The notes beneath the pieces are model-generated. The model saw only the letters and a program-made list of their open reading frames with translations, was not told where the DNA came from and searched no databases. From positions 1,384 through 65,383 of the forward strand of contig MHHG01000024.1 of assembly GCA_001805965.1 (NCBI GenBank): a stretch of 64,000 nucleotides of DNA, in the 5' to 3' direction. The stretch comes from Omnitrophica WOR_2 bacterium RIFOXYA2_FULL_38_17 (GTDB lineage Bacteria; Omnitrophota; Gorgyraeia; Zapsychrales; Zapsychraceae). Positions 48,922 through 59,855 of this stretch are shown piece by piece. The stretch's first letter is position 1. Each line of letters starts with the position of its first letter. The position numbers and the translations under genes are program-made.

Positions 48922-51900
48922 TTAACGTTCAATAGCTTTCTTATCCCCCAAGACCGGGTCAAGCCATTTTTCTGCTTCTTGAACAGGGATGTTCTTTCTT
49001 TTTGCGTAATCGATCACTTGTTCTTTGTCAATCTTTCCAACTGAAAAATAAGCAGCTTCGGGATTTGCCATATAGAAACCTGCAATTGATGCAGTCGGAT
49101 ACATCATATAGTTTTCTGATAATTTAACACCGATAGATTCTTCAGCTTTTAACACCTCGAAGATATCAGCGATCTGGCTGTTATCAGGACAGGCAAGATA
49201 TCCTGGGGCCGGCCGTATTCCCTGGTATTTTGTTAAAAAGATATCCTTGTTCTCTAAGGATTCACTTGGAGAGTATCCCCATAGTGCTTTGCGGACCTTT
49301 TTATGCATTAGTTCAGTAAACGCTTCTGCCAATCTATCAGCTAAGGCCTTTATCATAATATCCTCAAAGTCATTATTGTCTTTTTTCAGGGAAATAGAGA
49401 GGTCTTCAATACCAAGTCCGGCAGTTATGCTAAATAAACCCAAATAATCTTTAATGCCGGATTCTTTCGGCGCGATAAAATCTGACAAGCAAACATATGG
49501 AGCCCCGTCTTTATGTAGCTCCTGTTGCCTGAGCATGCTAAAAGATTTCACAATTTTGTCCCTGTTTTCATCTTCGTATATTTCAATATCATTTTCGTTA
49601 CTGTTGGCGGGGAAGAATCCTATGACCGCATCAGCTCTAAGGAGCTTCTTGCTTATTATCTTATCTAGAATGACCTTTGCTTCAGCGAATAATTTTTTAG
49701 CCTCGTCTCCAAGCTTTGGGTCAGACAGGATCTCAGGATATTTTTTTTTCATTTCCCAGGCAATAAAGAAGAACGTCCAGTCAATATATTCTCTTATCTC
49801 TGATAGGTTGTAGCTATGGAATACTTTTGTTCCTATAAAAGAAGGGGTTACTATTTTTGAATTGTTCCAGCTGCACCTATATTTATTTTTCAGCGTTTCT
49901 TCATAGCTTGCAAGCTCTCTGTTAATGTTGGTCCTGTTATGAAGATCACGCAGGTGTTCGTATTCTATAGTTGTCTTTTTTATTAGTTCTGACCTAAGGT
50001 TATCGTTGAATAAACTTCTGACCGTAGTGACGCTGCTAGAGGCATCTTTTGAATATAATGTAATGCCGCTGTAATGAGGGGCTATCTTGATAGCTGTATG
50101 TTTAGGCGAAGTTGTTGCGCCCCCGATTAATAACGGGATAGTGAATCCTTGCCGCTCCATTTCCTTTGCAACATTCTCCATTTCTTCAAGAGAAGGAGTG
50201 ATTAAACCGCTTAAGCATATCGCATCAACTTTTTCTTTTTTTGCAGTCTTTAATATTTTTTCGCACGGGACCATAACGCCAAGGTCGATAATTTCAAAAT
50301 TATTGCAAGCTAAAACAACGCTAACTATATTCTTGCCGATGTCATGTACGTCGCCTTTTACAGTTGCAAGCAGAATTTTGCCAGGGGCTTTTTTGACGGA
50401 GGAGCTGCTGGCGCTGATATAGGGGTTTAATATCTCAACAGCTTTCTTCATTACGCGGGCACTTTTCACTACTTGAGGCAGGAACATCTTTCCCTCTGAA
50501 AAAAGGTCCCCGATCTTTCCCATTCCAGCCATTAGAGGGCCTTCTATGATCTCAACAGGTTCTTTATATTTTTTCAGTGCTTCTTCAATATCAGTTTGAA
50601 TATAGTCAGTAATGCCTTTTACGAGAGAATGAGAAAGCCTTTCTTCAACAGAAGCTTCTCTCCAGGCTAAAGCTTCAGTTTGTTCCTGCCTGCCGAAAGG
50701 AAGGTTTTGCCCTTTCTTCTGCACGGTTTCTGCAAAAGATATTAATTTTTCAGTTGCATCAGGATGGCTGTTTAATATGACATCTTCAACTACCTTGAGA
50801 AGCTCGGGCTCTATCTCATCGTAGACAGAGATCATTCCGGCATTAACGATAGCCATGTCCATTCCGGCCTTTATCGCATGATACAGAAATACTGAATGCA
50901 TTGCTTCGCGGACAGCATTGTTCCCTCTAAAAGAAAAAGATACATTGCTTAGCCCGCCGCTTATTAAACAGTGGGGCAGGGTATCTTTTATTGTTTTAGT
51001 GGCTTTAATGAAATCTGCAGCATAATTATTGTGTTCTGCAATACCGGTTGCGACAGCAAAAATATTCGGGTCAAAAATAATATCTTGAGGAGGAAATCCA
51101 ATTTTTTCAGTCAAGATTTTATAAGCACGCGTGCAGATCTCAACTTTTCTCTCATAGCTATCAGCTTGGCCTTTTTCATCAAATGCCATAACTACAGCAG
51201 CAGCTCCAAGGTCCTTTATCTGCTTGGCATGTTCTTTAAATTTTGTTCCGCCTTCTTTAAGGCTGATAGAGTTAACAATAGATTTACCCTGGATACACTT
51301 AAGCCCTTCAACAATAACTTCCCATTTTGAAGAATCTATCATTATAGGCACTCTGCATATGTCAGGCTCGGAAGCTATTAAGTTCAGGAATTTTACCATG
51401 GCAGCTTTTGAGTCAAGCATTGCCTCATCCATATTGATATCAATGATCTGTGCTCCGGCCTCGACTTGTTGACGTGCAATAGAAAGAGCACCTTCGTAAT
51501 CTTCTTTTATGATCAGTTTTGCGAAGATCTTTGAGCCTGCAACATTAGTTCTTTCTCCAACGTTGATAAAGTTTGTCTCCGGGCGGATGACAAGAGCCTC
51601 CAATCCGCTAAAAGAGGACAGAAGCGGCTTGCTTTCAAGTTTTCTTGGAGGATATTTGCTAACGATAGCAGCAATTTTCTTTATGTGTTCAGGCGTGGTG
51701 CCGCAGCAGCCTCCCACAATGTTAAGGTAGCCGTTGCTTGCAAATTCCCCTAATAAATCAGCCATTTCACTTGCTGTTTGATCGTACTGGCCAAGTTCAT
51801 TAGGAAGCCCGGCATTTGGATAGCAGCTGATAAAACAAGAGGCCTTAGATGATAGCTCGGCAATGTAGGGTCGCATGTCCTCTGTTCCCAAGGCACAGTT

Positions 51901-52641
51901 CAGGCCGATGCTTAGAGGTTTTGCATGTGCAACCGAGATCAGAAAAGCTTCGGATGTTTGTCCTGATAATGTTCTTCCGCTGGCATCCGTTATTGTTCCC
52001 GATATCATTATTGGAAGGGTTTTGCCGATCTTTTCAAAATAGGAATTAACGGCAAAGATAGCAGCCTTACAATTGAGAGTATCAAAAACTGTTTCGATCA
52101 GGACAATATCAATGCCGCCATTGATCAGGCCTTTTAACTGCTCGGTGTATGCTTCGACAAGTTCATCAAATTTAACGGCCCTATACCCTGGATCATTTAC
52201 ATCAGGGGAAATAGAGGCTGTTTTATTCAAAGGGCCTAAAGACCCTGCTACAAATCGTGGTTTATTAGGAGTTTTTTTTGAGAATTTATCTGCCGCTCTT
52301 TTTGCGATCTTGGCTGAAGCGAGGTTTAGCTCGTATACTTTGTTCTCAAGTTTATAATCTGCCAGGCAGATTGAATTAGATCCAAATGTATTAGTTTCAA
52401 TGATATCTGCATTTGCCGCTAAGTATGCTTCATGGATTTCTTCAATAATATCAGGGCGCGTAATAGAAAGCAGGTCATTATTGCCTTTTAGGCTGCTTTC
52501 ATGATCAGCAAAAACGCTTCCTCTATAATCCTCTTCCTGAAGATTGTAACGCTGTATCATTGTGCCCATTGCGCCATCAAGAACAAGTATGCGTTTTTGC
52601 AGTAATTTGTATATTGGGTGATCTTTTAAGGCGGATTCCAT
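48922..52641 (-). CDS. metH: Cobalamin-dependent methionine synthase
   Basis: [56 protein letters not shown]. Confidence 0.98.
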   Translation of the reverse strand: MESALKDHPIYKLLQKRILVLDGAMGTMIQRYNLQEEDYRGSVFADHESSLKGNNDLLSITRPDIIEEIHEAYLAANADIIETNTFGSNSICLADYKLENKVYELNLASAKIAKRAADKFSKKTPNKPRFVAGSLGPLNKTASISPDVNDPGYRAVKFDELVEAYTEQLKGLINGGIDIVLIETVFDTLNCKAAIFAVNSYFEKIGKTLPIMISGTITDASGRTLSGQTSEAFLISVAHAKPLSIGLNCALGTEDMRPYIAELSSKASCFISCYPNAGLPNELGQYDQTASEMADLLGEFASNGYLNIVGGCCGTTPEHIKKIAAIVSKYPPRKLESKPLLSSFSGLEALVIRPETNFINVGERTNVAGSKIFAKLIIKEDYEGALSIARQQVEAGAQIIDINMDEAMLDSKAAMVKFLNLIASEPDICRVPIMIDSSKWEVIVEGLKCIQGKSIVNSISLKEGGTKFKEHAKQIKDLGAAAVVMAFDEKGQADSYERKVEICTRAYKILTEKIGFPPQDIIFDPNIFAVATGIAEHNNYAADFIKATKTIKDTLPHCLISGGLSNVSFSFRGNNAVREAMHSVFLYHAIKAGMDMAIVNAGMISVYDEIEPELLKVVEDVILNSHPDATEKLISFAETVQKKGQNLPFGRQEQTEALAWREASVEERLSHSLVKGITDYIQTDIEEALKKYKEPVEIIEGPLMAGMGKIGDLFSEGKMFLPQVVKSARVMKKAVEILNPYISASSSSVKKAPGKILLATVKGDVHDIGKNIVSVVLACNNFEIIDLGVMVPCEKILKTAKKEKVDAICLSGLITPSLEEMENVAKEMERQGFTIPLLIGGATTSPKHTAIKIAPHYSGITLYSKDASSSVTTVRSLFNDNLRSELIKKTTIEYEHLRDLHNRTNINRELASYEETLKNKYRCSWNNSKIVTPSFIGTKVFHSYNLSEIREYIDWTFFFIAWEMKKKYPEILSDPKLGDEAKKLFAEAKVILDKIISKKLLRADAVIGFFPANSNENDIEIYEDENRDKIVKSFSMLRQQELHKDGAPYVCLSDFIAPKESGIKDYLGLFSITAGLGIEDLSISLKKDNNDFEDIMIKALADRLAEAFTELMHKKVRKALWGYSPSESLENKDIFLTKYQGIRPAPGYLACPDNSQIADIFEVLKAEESIGVKLSENYMMYPTASIAGFYMANPEAAYFSVGKIDKEQVIDYAKRKNIPVQEAEKWLDPVLGDKKAIER
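50685..50704. repeat. Degenerate 20-bp palindrome inserted in-frame in the metH linker
   Basis: CCTGCCTGCCGAAAGGAAGG, 17/20 to CCTGCCTGCCGGCAGGCAGG; encodes LPFGRQ. Confidence 0.5.
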
Positions 52642-52785
52642 AGCAATAAAATAGTTGAAATATACCCAATTGTCAATTAATTAGCGAAAAGAGATTGAAC
52701 TTTACCATATCTTGTTTTAAAGTAGTTGATACTAAATGCAAATATTTATATGAATATTAATCTCCATATTTATAGGAAGTAATCA

Positions 52786-53550
52786 ATGAACTTACTGCAT
52801 GCTTTTGTTTTTGGCATTGTTGAAGGCCTTACAGAATTTTTGCCAATATCTTCAACAGGACATTTGATCTTATCTGAGAAATTAATGGGCTTGGCTCATG
52901 GTGATTTTCTTGGGAGCTTTGAGATAGCGATACAATTGGGGGCCATTTTAGCGGTAGTGTGTCTTTATTGGAAAATGCTGATCCTTGATATTGAAATTAT
53001 CAAAAGGATCGCTGTTGCGTTTATTCCCACCGCGGTCTTAGGATTAGTTTTTTACAAGATAATAAAAAAGGTGCTATTGGGAAGCGAGAATGTTGTTCTG
53101 TGGTCGCTATTAGTAGGAGGCATTATAATTATTGTCTTCGAATTGCTTCATAAAGAAAAAGACAGTGATGTTGAGGACCTTAAACAGCTGAGTTATAAAA
53201 AGGCCTTTATGATAGGGGTTTTTCAATCTTTTGCAATGGTGCCGGGTGTTTCAAGATCAGCAGCTACGATCATTGGAGGCTTGTCTTTAGGCTTAAAGAG
53301 AAAAACTATTGTTGAGTTCTCCTTTTTACTCGCGGTTCCAACAATGGCGGCAGCAACGGCTTTAGACCTTATTAAGACCGCGTCTTCATTTACGTTCTCA
53401 CAATTTGGACTATTGTCTGTCGGGTTTACAGTATCGTTTTTTGTTGCAATAGGGTCGATCAAGTTTTTATTACATTTTGTTAAAAACCACAATTTTATAA
53501 TTTTTGGTATTTATCGCATTTTAATTGCAGGGCTATTTATAATCTTTTAG
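52786..53550 (+). CDS. uppP: Undecaprenyl-diphosphate phosphatase
   Basis: EGLTEFLPISSTGH, IQLGAILAV, PGVSRSAATI, FSFLLAVP. Confidence 0.96.
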   Translation: MNLLHAFVFGIVEGLTEFLPISSTGHLILSEKLMGLAHGDFLGSFEIAIQLGAILAVVCLYWKMLILDIEIIKRIAVAFIPTAVLGLVFYKIIKKVLLGSENVVLWSLLVGGIIIIVFELLHKEKDSDVEDLKQLSYKKAFMIGVFQSFAMVPGVSRSAATIIGGLSLGLKRKTIVEFSFLLAVPTMAAATALDLIKTASSFTFSQFGLLSVGFTVSFFVAIGSIKFLLHFVKNHNFIIFGIYRILIAGLFIIF

Positions 53551-53566
53551 GATAATTTAGTAAATT

Positions 53567-54049
53567 ATGCCAGCTTTTAAACCAAATGAAAAATATATGA
53601 AAATGGCAATTGAAAAGGCCAGAGAAGGCGTTAAAAAATGGCAAACCCCTTTTGGCGCATGTATAGTCAAAGATAATAAAATATTAAGCTGTGTTCATAA
53701 TACTGTATGGAAGACAACTGATATTACTTCGCATGCAGAAGTTCATGCGATCAGAAAGGCCTGCAAAGAGATAAGCTCCATTGATCTAAGCGGCAGCGTT
53801 ATTTATTCCACTTGCGAGCCTTGCCCAATGTGTTTTTCTGCAATTCACTGGGCGAACATTGCAACTATTGTTTATGGTGCTAAAATAAAAGACGCGAGAT
53901 CAGCAGGATTTCATGAATTAACAATTTCAAACAGAAGAATGAAAACCATAGGAGGAAGCCCCGTAGCAATTATTGAAGGCTTTTTAAGAAAAGAAAATTT
54001 AGAGTTGTTTAAAGAATGGATTAACCGCTCTGATAGAAAAACTTATTAA
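53567..54049 (+). CDS. Zn-dependent nucleoside/guanine deaminase (CDA fold)
   Basis: PFGACIV, HAEVHAIR, CEPCPMCFSAIHWA. Confidence 0.85.
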   Translation: MPAFKPNEKYMKMAIEKAREGVKKWQTPFGACIVKDNKILSCVHNTVWKTTDITSHAEVHAIRKACKEISSIDLSGSVIYSTCEPCPMCFSAIHWANIATIVYGAKIKDARSAGFHELTISNRRMKTIGGSPVAIIEGFLRKENLELFKEWINRSDRKTY

Positions 54050-54067
54050 TTATTGCAGGAGATCGTT

Positions 54068-54535
54068 ATGAGAAAAATATGGATATTGTTTTTAGGTATT
54101 ATAGCTTCCGGATGTGTTTCAATGGCGGTTGAGCCTCAGGATGAAGTTCTGACAGGCACAGTTGTAGAGGTTGTTGTGAATGAGCAAAAACCACAAGAAC
54201 CAGAAATTAATGAAGCAACAAGTATTGAAAAAGTGTATTTGGGAATGTCTGAAAAAGATGTGTCTAGGATAATGGGCGATGAGATGGTTGTGGGGTATCA
54301 AAAGAACAGCAGGACCGGGGTCTTAGAAACGATCAATATGGGCACTGTTTACAAGACAGAGACGTTAAAGGCAGGAGAAAAAGCTTATTTTATAAAGTAT
54401 TATTTTACGTCGAGCAATAAAGCGGACGGGATCATTTCCGAGGATGAGCTTACGCCTTTAGTTTTTGAAGACAGCAGATTGGTCGGGACCAGTTGGGATT
54501 TTCTTTTCCGGTTAAAAAACGAATTGAACTTTTAG
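54068..54535 (+). CDS. Lipoprotein, DUF3192-like
   Basis: Lipobox IASGC; LGMS...V..IMG; YYFT...DG.I..DELTPLVF...LVG. Confidence 0.7.
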   Translation: MRKIWILFLGIIASGCVSMAVEPQDEVLTGTVVEVVVNEQKPQEPEINEATSIEKVYLGMSEKDVSRIMGDEMVVGYQKNSRTGVLETINMGTVYKTETLKAGEKAYFIKYYFTSSNKADGIISEDELTPLVFEDSRLVGTSWDFLFRLKNELNF

Positions 54536-54550
54536 AGAATCTTATTTGTT

Positions 54551-55480
54551 GTGAAATCAATAGACGACTTATTCAAACCACTAGTGGCTTACCATAATGT
54601 TGGCCATCCGGCAGATTGGGATATGCAGTTTGACCGCAAGGCTCCTCTTGATGTAGAGATAGGATTCGGTATGGGGGAATTCCTCGTTCGAAGCGCTAAA
54701 AATTCTCCCGAGCGGAATATTATTGGCTTTGAACAGATATGGGAAAGAGTTGTTAAAACACTGAAGAGGATCCGCAGAGAAGCCGGCCTTCTTGAGAACA
54801 TCCGCATATTAAGGATGGATGTTCGAGTTTCGCTTGAAAGATTGTTTGGCCAGAGAAGCATAGATAATGTTTACTGTTTGTTCCCATGTCCTTGGCCAAA
54901 AAAAGGGCACATAAAACACAGGTTGTTCTCAACGGAATTTTTGAAATTGGTCAATAGCAGGCTCAAAGCAAAAGGCAACTTAAAGATCGTTACAGATTTT
55001 TATCCATACTATGAATGGGTGCTTGAGCAGTCAAAAGAGACAGGTTTTAAGGTAACAGAAAATACAGTTCAGCCTCAGTATGATACTAAGTTCGAGCGCA
55101 AGTGGATGGAAGCTGGACAAGAAGAATTCTACGAAATAAATATGCATAAGGTCAGGCATGTTGATGTGCCTGTAAGGAAGGATGTAAAATTGAGATCCTA
55201 TAAAGTAAAAAAATTTGATCCAGCAAATTTTCACTTTGAAGATCAAATCGGTAAGTGTTCGGTTGTGTTTAAAGATATTATTTTTGATGAAAAAAAACAG
55301 AAGGGTATAATTTCTCTTATTGTTTCAGAACTTGAAATGGTGCAGCATTTTTGGGTGTCTGTAATCAAGAGAGATGATGGCTGGCGTATTTGCAAAACAG
55401 AGGGCCAGAATATTTTTCCCACAGAGGGAATAGCAACGGCATTGGAATTAGTTTATCAGGCAGCAAAGAGCTCAACATAG
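54551..55480 (+). CDS. trmB: tRNA (guanine-N7)-methyltransferase with C-terminal extension
   Basis: VEIGFGMGEF, FPCPWPKKGH..HRL, VTD, TKFERKW. Confidence 0.9.
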   Translation: MKSIDDLFKPLVAYHNVGHPADWDMQFDRKAPLDVEIGFGMGEFLVRSAKNSPERNIIGFEQIWERVVKTLKRIRREAGLLENIRILRMDVRVSLERLFGQRSIDNVYCLFPCPWPKKGHIKHRLFSTEFLKLVNSRLKAKGNLKIVTDFYPYYEWVLEQSKETGFKVTENTVQPQYDTKFERKWMEAGQEEFYEINMHKVRHVDVPVRKDVKLRSYKVKKFDPANFHFEDQIGKCSVVFKDIIFDEKKQKGIISLIVSELEMVQHFWVSVIKRDDGWRICKTEGQNIFPTEGIATALELVYQAAKSST

Positions 55481-55492
55481 AAAGATCAAGAA

Positions 55493-56338
55493 TTGAAATC
55501 ATTACAAAAGAATAGATCTAGAACGATCAATACAGCTTTTTTATTTCTGATCGTTTTTACTTTTTTATTTTCATCATCAGTAGATGCTGCCAAGCGAAAA
55601 AATAAACACCAGGTAACATGTAAGTCGGTTATTTTTTCTGACAGCACAAAGATGAAGCGGTTATACGGAAAAGGGGTTCATACCCGCATCTTGCCTGCGA
55701 GCACTGCAAAAGTAATGACCGCCCTTCTTGTAATTGAAAAACTTCCTTTAGGCCAATATGTTACCGTTAGCAAAGCCGCAACATTGGTCCAGCCAACAGT
55801 GATAAATCTTAAGCCCGGAGAGAGATATAAGGTAAAGGACCTTCTTTACGCAATACTTATAAAATCAGCAAATGATGCAAGCGTGGTCTTGGCAGAGGCT
55901 GTTTCAGGTTCAGAAGCTAACTTTGTCCAATTGATGAACCAGCGGGCAAAACAACTAGGGGCAAAACATACGAAATTCGCAAATTCAAACGGCCTTCCTT
56001 CAAGGGCGAAACAGTATTCAACGGCATATGATATGTATATGATCTTCAGAAGGGCGTTAAGACATAGTTTTTTCCGGCAAGCAATCACATTTAAAAACAA
56101 AACGATCCAATCAAAGGACGGCAGGCAGGTGCTATTGACGAGCCATAATAAAATACTTTTTAAAGATTGGAAGAAAAAGATTTATGGTAAGACCGGATAT
56201 ACAAGAGCCGCTCAAGCATGTTTTATAGGAACTATAAAGAAGGGCGATAGCGATTTGATCATCGGGGTTTTTGGATGTCCAAAAAGGTGGGAAGATATTA
56301 AGCATGTAGTATCAACATATGGCAAAATACCGCTGTAG
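55493..56338 (+). CDS. D-alanyl-D-alanine carboxypeptidase (peptidase S11)
   Basis: PASTAKVMT (SxxK), SAND (SxN), GKTGYT (KTG). Confidence 0.92.
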   Translation: MKSLQKNRSRTINTAFLFLIVFTFLFSSSVDAAKRKNKHQVTCKSVIFSDSTKMKRLYGKGVHTRILPASTAKVMTALLVIEKLPLGQYVTVSKAATLVQPTVINLKPGERYKVKDLLYAILIKSANDASVVLAEAVSGSEANFVQLMNQRAKQLGAKHTKFANSNGLPSRAKQYSTAYDMYMIFRRALRHSFFRQAITFKNKTIQSKDGRQVLLTSHNKILFKDWKKKIYGKTGYTRAAQACFIGTIKKGDSDLIIGVFGCPKRWEDIKHVVSTYGKIPL

Positions 56339-56439
56339 GGATATTGATCGATATTTTTGAAAATTTATAATAGTATTTTTTACTCATTTGTGGTATTCTT
56401 TGAATCAGTAAAAAAAACAAAAAAAGAAAGGATATAGGA

Positions 56440-57321
56440 ATGAAAGATAGAATAACTACCCTGGTTCTAATCATTATGGTCTGCGTTTTTATCGGGCTTA
56501 TCGCTTTAAAAAATAATGGCGGAGGTAAAACTGCCCTAAAAGCTATCTTTGATGAACAATCAAAAATAGTTCAGATGCAAACTAGAATAGAGGCTAAAAT
56601 GGATGCTATGGGAGGAGCTATGTCCAAGAGTAGCGGTATGGGCATGTCTGATATTTCCGGGCTGATCGCAACACAAGTTAGCCTTCAACAGAAAATAGCA
56701 CTTCTTGAGTCCAAAGTTAACGATATAGAAAAAGCTATTAAAGGTGCCGGAGCACAAGCGCAAGAAAGACAGGCTCCACCACCGGAAGACTATACAACTG
56801 TTTACGAAATTCCTGTTGCACATTCAACGGTTGTTGGTGACAAGAACGCTAAAATTACCATCACAGAATTTTTAGATTTTCAATGTCCTTTTTGTGCAAG
56901 GTTTCATACTCCTATAAATGAAGTTCTTGCTAAGTATCCAGGAAAAGTTAATTATATATTGAAGAACTTTCCTTTAGGATTCCACCAAAATGCAAGGACA
57001 GCAGTTAAAGCATCTTTTGCTGCTGGTGAGCAAGGCAAATACGCTGAAATGATAGAACTGCTTCTTGAAAATGGAAATAGCTTAGGAGAAGAAAAATACA
57101 AGGAATTGGCTTCCCAACTTGGCTTGGATGTTGATAAGTTCTTAAAGGATTATAAGGACAAAGATGCTCAATGGGAAGATTATATTAATAAAGATATTGA
57201 GCTTGGGGCAAAAGTCGGCGTAAGAGGTACCCCAACCTTCTATATTAATGGCAGAAAAACACCAGCTAGGGATCTGGCGGGTTATGAGGCTGAGATAAAT
57301 AAAATATTAAGCGGACAATAG
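56440..57321 (+). CDS. Membrane-anchored DsbA/BdbD-like thioredoxin-fold oxidoreductase
   Basis: N-terminal TM and coiled coil; EFLDFQCPFC, NFPL, GVRGTPTFYING. Confidence 0.9.
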   Translation: MKDRITTLVLIIMVCVFIGLIALKNNGGGKTALKAIFDEQSKIVQMQTRIEAKMDAMGGAMSKSSGMGMSDISGLIATQVSLQQKIALLESKVNDIEKAIKGAGAQAQERQAPPPEDYTTVYEIPVAHSTVVGDKNAKITITEFLDFQCPFCARFHTPINEVLAKYPGKVNYILKNFPLGFHQNARTAVKASFAAGEQGKYAEMIELLLENGNSLGEEKYKELASQLGLDVDKFLKDYKDKDAQWEDYINKDIELGAKVGVRGTPTFYINGRKTPARDLAGYEAEINKILSGQ

Positions 57322-57345
57322 CTTCTTAGTTATGTAGATTATTTT

Positions 57346-57380
57346 AAAGGCCATGTCTCATAAGGGACATGGCCTTTTTT
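57346..57380 (+). terminator. Intrinsic terminator
   Basis: AAAGGCCATGTC...GACATGGCCTTTTTT. Confidence 0.85.
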
Positions 57381-57457
57381 GGGTTATTATATTAAAGATT
57401 ATAGATGGGCATAATATTATGCTTAAATATAGATAATATAGGCATAAAATAAAAAGT

Positions 57458-57486
57458 TTGCATATTTTGCTAAAACATTGTATATT
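57458..57486 (+). promoter_or_regulatory. Possible promoter of the bL27-like gene
   Basis: TTGCAT, 17 bp spacer, TATATT. Confidence 0.5.
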
Positions 57487-57590
57487 TCTTGTCTTGTAGG
57501 AAACTATATCGGGCCATGAAATTGGGTTTAATTAAATTTAATTGAAGAAACGGTGATGATTGTATTGCTGTTTTTATTTGGGAGGTAATG

Positions 57591-57851
57591 ATGACAAAAA
57601 AAGGTGGTTTAACAGCTAAGTTTTATAAGGAAACAAAAGGCCTGAAGACATCAGGTGGCCAGAGCGTACTGTCTGGGACTATATTGACAAGAGAAGGCCA
57701 TAAATGGCAGCAAGGCCTTAATGTTAATGGTAAGAAAATGCATTTAACTGCAGGATGTGATGGTGAGGTTTATTTTACAAGAAAGAAAAATCCCTCTCGA
57801 AAAGTAGTCACTTATGTAAATATCAAGCCTTCAGCAGAGGATGTTAAATAA
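57591..57851 (+). CDS. rpmA: Divergent 50S ribosomal protein bL27 homolog
   Basis: GLK..GGQSV..GTIL.R.G.K...G.NV......L.A..DG.V.F...K....YVNI aligns with bL27; SD GGAGG. Confidence 0.75.
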   Translation: MTKKGGLTAKFYKETKGLKTSGGQSVLSGTILTREGHKWQQGLNVNGKKMHLTAGCDGEVYFTRKKNPSRKVVTYVNIKPSAEDVK

Positions 57852-58008
57852 TTTTTTATTTAATAGAAAAAATACAGCTCTGAGGGGTTTTTGATTTTAC
57901 GGACAATATTTTAGAACAGCAAAGAGTTCCTGCATTGCTGTAAAAAATATGAGGCTCAGCTAAACTTTTTATCCAAACATTATTTGATTTTAAGAAAAGA
58001 TTTGAACT

Positions 58009-59841
58009 ATGTGCGGAATTATAGGATATATTGGGTCGAAACAAGCAATTCCAGTTTTGCTTGATGGTTTAAAAAAGCTTGAATATAGAGGGTATGATTC
58101 CAGCGGTGTCGGGATAGTTTGTTCCTCTACTCACAAGTTAGATCTTAGAAAGATGCATGGAAAGATACACAACCTTGAAAAGCTTATCAAGGACAAGCCT
58201 GTCGGACAAAGCTCCGTTGGCATTTCACACACCCGCTGGGCAACACATGGCGCCCCAAATAAAGTTAATGCCCATCCCCATTTTGATTGTTCAAAAAAGA
58301 TACTAGTAGTTCATAACGGCATTATTGAGAATTATGAAGACCTAAAGAGAACTCTTATCCAAAAAGGGCACAAATTTGTTTCTGAAACAGACACTGAAGT
58401 TATCTCTCACTTGATAGAACAGAATTATAATGGAGATATTTTTGAGGCAGTTAAAAAAGGCATAAGGCATTTAAGGGGGGCTTTTGCTTTAGGGGTTATT
58501 TGCAGTGATGATCCAGAAAAGCTCGTTGCTGCGCGTGTGGGGTCACCTCTTATTGTTGGCATAGGCAATGGTGAAAATTTTATTGCTTCGGATGTTCCTG
58601 CGATTATTGATAAAACAAAGAAGATCATTTATCTAAAAGATGGAGAGATCGCCACAATCACCAGACAAGAAGTCTTGGTTCATACTTTTGCCGGCAAGCA
58701 GGTAAAGCCGAAGGTTAATATTGTAAAGTTTGATGTTGATGCCGTTAAGAAACAGGGCTATGCGCATTTCATGCTTAAAGAGATACATGAGCAGCCGGAG
58801 GTCTTAGCTAAAATAATCAAGGAGAGAATTCATGGGAACAGGATCTCTCTCGATGGGCTCAAATTAACTGAGAAGCAGTTAAAGGCATTTAAGAACATAT
58901 ATATTGTTGCTTGTGGGACGGCTTATCATGCAGGGCTTGTCGGGAAATATGTGATTGAGAAACTGGCATCAATACCGGTCAGCGTGGATGCTGCTAGCGA
59001 ATTTCGTTATAGGGACCCAATAATTGATAATAAGACCTTGATAATTGCCATAAGCCAATCAGGTGAAACGGCAGATACCTTGGCTGCTGTCAGAGAGGCG
59101 AGGTCAAAAGGGGCAAAGATCATTTCGATCTGCAATGTGGTCGGCTCCTCGCTTTCAAGGGATTCGGACGGTATTTTGTATACGCATGCAGGCCCTGAGA
59201 TCGGGGTGGCTTCAACAAAAGCTTATATTGCTCAAATAGCGATGCTGTATCTTTTGGCCCTGAAATTAAGCAGCCATACGGATAAAATATCAGAAAGAGC
59301 TAGGCTTGAAATAATAAAAGAACTGAAAACGATACCTTCTTTATACAAAGACATCTTAAAGACAAAAGGTTTGATCTCAAAGATCGCAAAGAAGAACTCT
59401 CATTTTGGATGTTTCCTTTTTCTTGGAAGAAATATAAATTATCCTTCGGCGCTTGAAGGGGCTTTAAAGCTTAAAGAGATTTCATACATTCCTGCAGAAG
59501 GTTATGCTGCAGGAGAAATGAAGCATGGTCCCATTGCTTTGATAGATGAATATCGCGCTGTTGTTTGTATCGCGGTGCAATCACCAACATATGAAAAAAT
59601 GATATCTAATATCCAGGAAATACGAGCAAGAAAAGGGAAGATCATTGCAATAGCGACGCAAGGGGACCAAACCATTAAAAAACACTCAAATCATGTTGTT
59701 TATGTTCCAAGGACTTTGGACCTTTTAACGCCTCTGTTAGTTGCCTTACCATTACAGCTGTTCGCATATTATGTTTCTGTAGGATTAGGCTGCGATGTAG
59801 ATCAGCCACGAAACTTAGCTAAATCTGTAACGGTTGAATAA
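58009..59841 (+). CDS. glmS: Glutamine-fructose-6-phosphate aminotransferase
   Basis: MCGIIG, LEYRGYDS, HTRWATHG, SQSGETADT, DQPRNLAKSVTVE. Confidence 0.98.
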   Translation: MCGIIGYIGSKQAIPVLLDGLKKLEYRGYDSSGVGIVCSSTHKLDLRKMHGKIHNLEKLIKDKPVGQSSVGISHTRWATHGAPNKVNAHPHFDCSKKILVVHNGIIENYEDLKRTLIQKGHKFVSETDTEVISHLIEQNYNGDIFEAVKKGIRHLRGAFALGVICSDDPEKLVAARVGSPLIVGIGNGENFIASDVPAIIDKTKKIIYLKDGEIATITRQEVLVHTFAGKQVKPKVNIVKFDVDAVKKQGYAHFMLKEIHEQPEVLAKIIKERIHGNRISLDGLKLTEKQLKAFKNIYIVACGTAYHAGLVGKYVIEKLASIPVSVDAASEFRYRDPIIDNKTLIIAISQSGETADTLAAVREARSKGAKIISICNVVGSSLSRDSDGILYTHAGPEIGVASTKAYIAQIAMLYLLALKLSSHTDKISERARLEIIKELKTIPSLYKDILKTKGLISKIAKKNSHFGCFLFLGRNINYPSALEGALKLKEISYIPAEGYAAGEMKHGPIALIDEYRAVVCIAVQSPTYEKMISNIQEIRARKGKIIAIATQGDQTIKKHSNHVVYVPRTLDLLTPLLVALPLQLFAYYVSVGLGCDVDQPRNLAKSVTVE

Positions 59842-59855
59842 TTATCAGCAATATT

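Noticed and set aside
52642-52785. SAM or cobalamin riboswitch upstream of metH
   Set aside because: Short, very AT-rich divergent intergenic region with no aptamer motifs.
55150-55480. TrmB C-terminal extension as a novelty
   Set aside because: Long C-terminal extensions are already known in some TrmB enzymes (e.g. thermophile types).
56119-56129. CGGCAGGCAGG half-palindrome in the carboxypeptidase gene
   Set aside because: Only one arm matches and the protein shows no apparent insertion; likely chance.
57852-58008. glmS ribozyme upstream of glmS
   Set aside because: Core AGCGCC...GACGAGG elements are absent; only a generic hairpin (ACAGCAA/TTGCTGT) is present.
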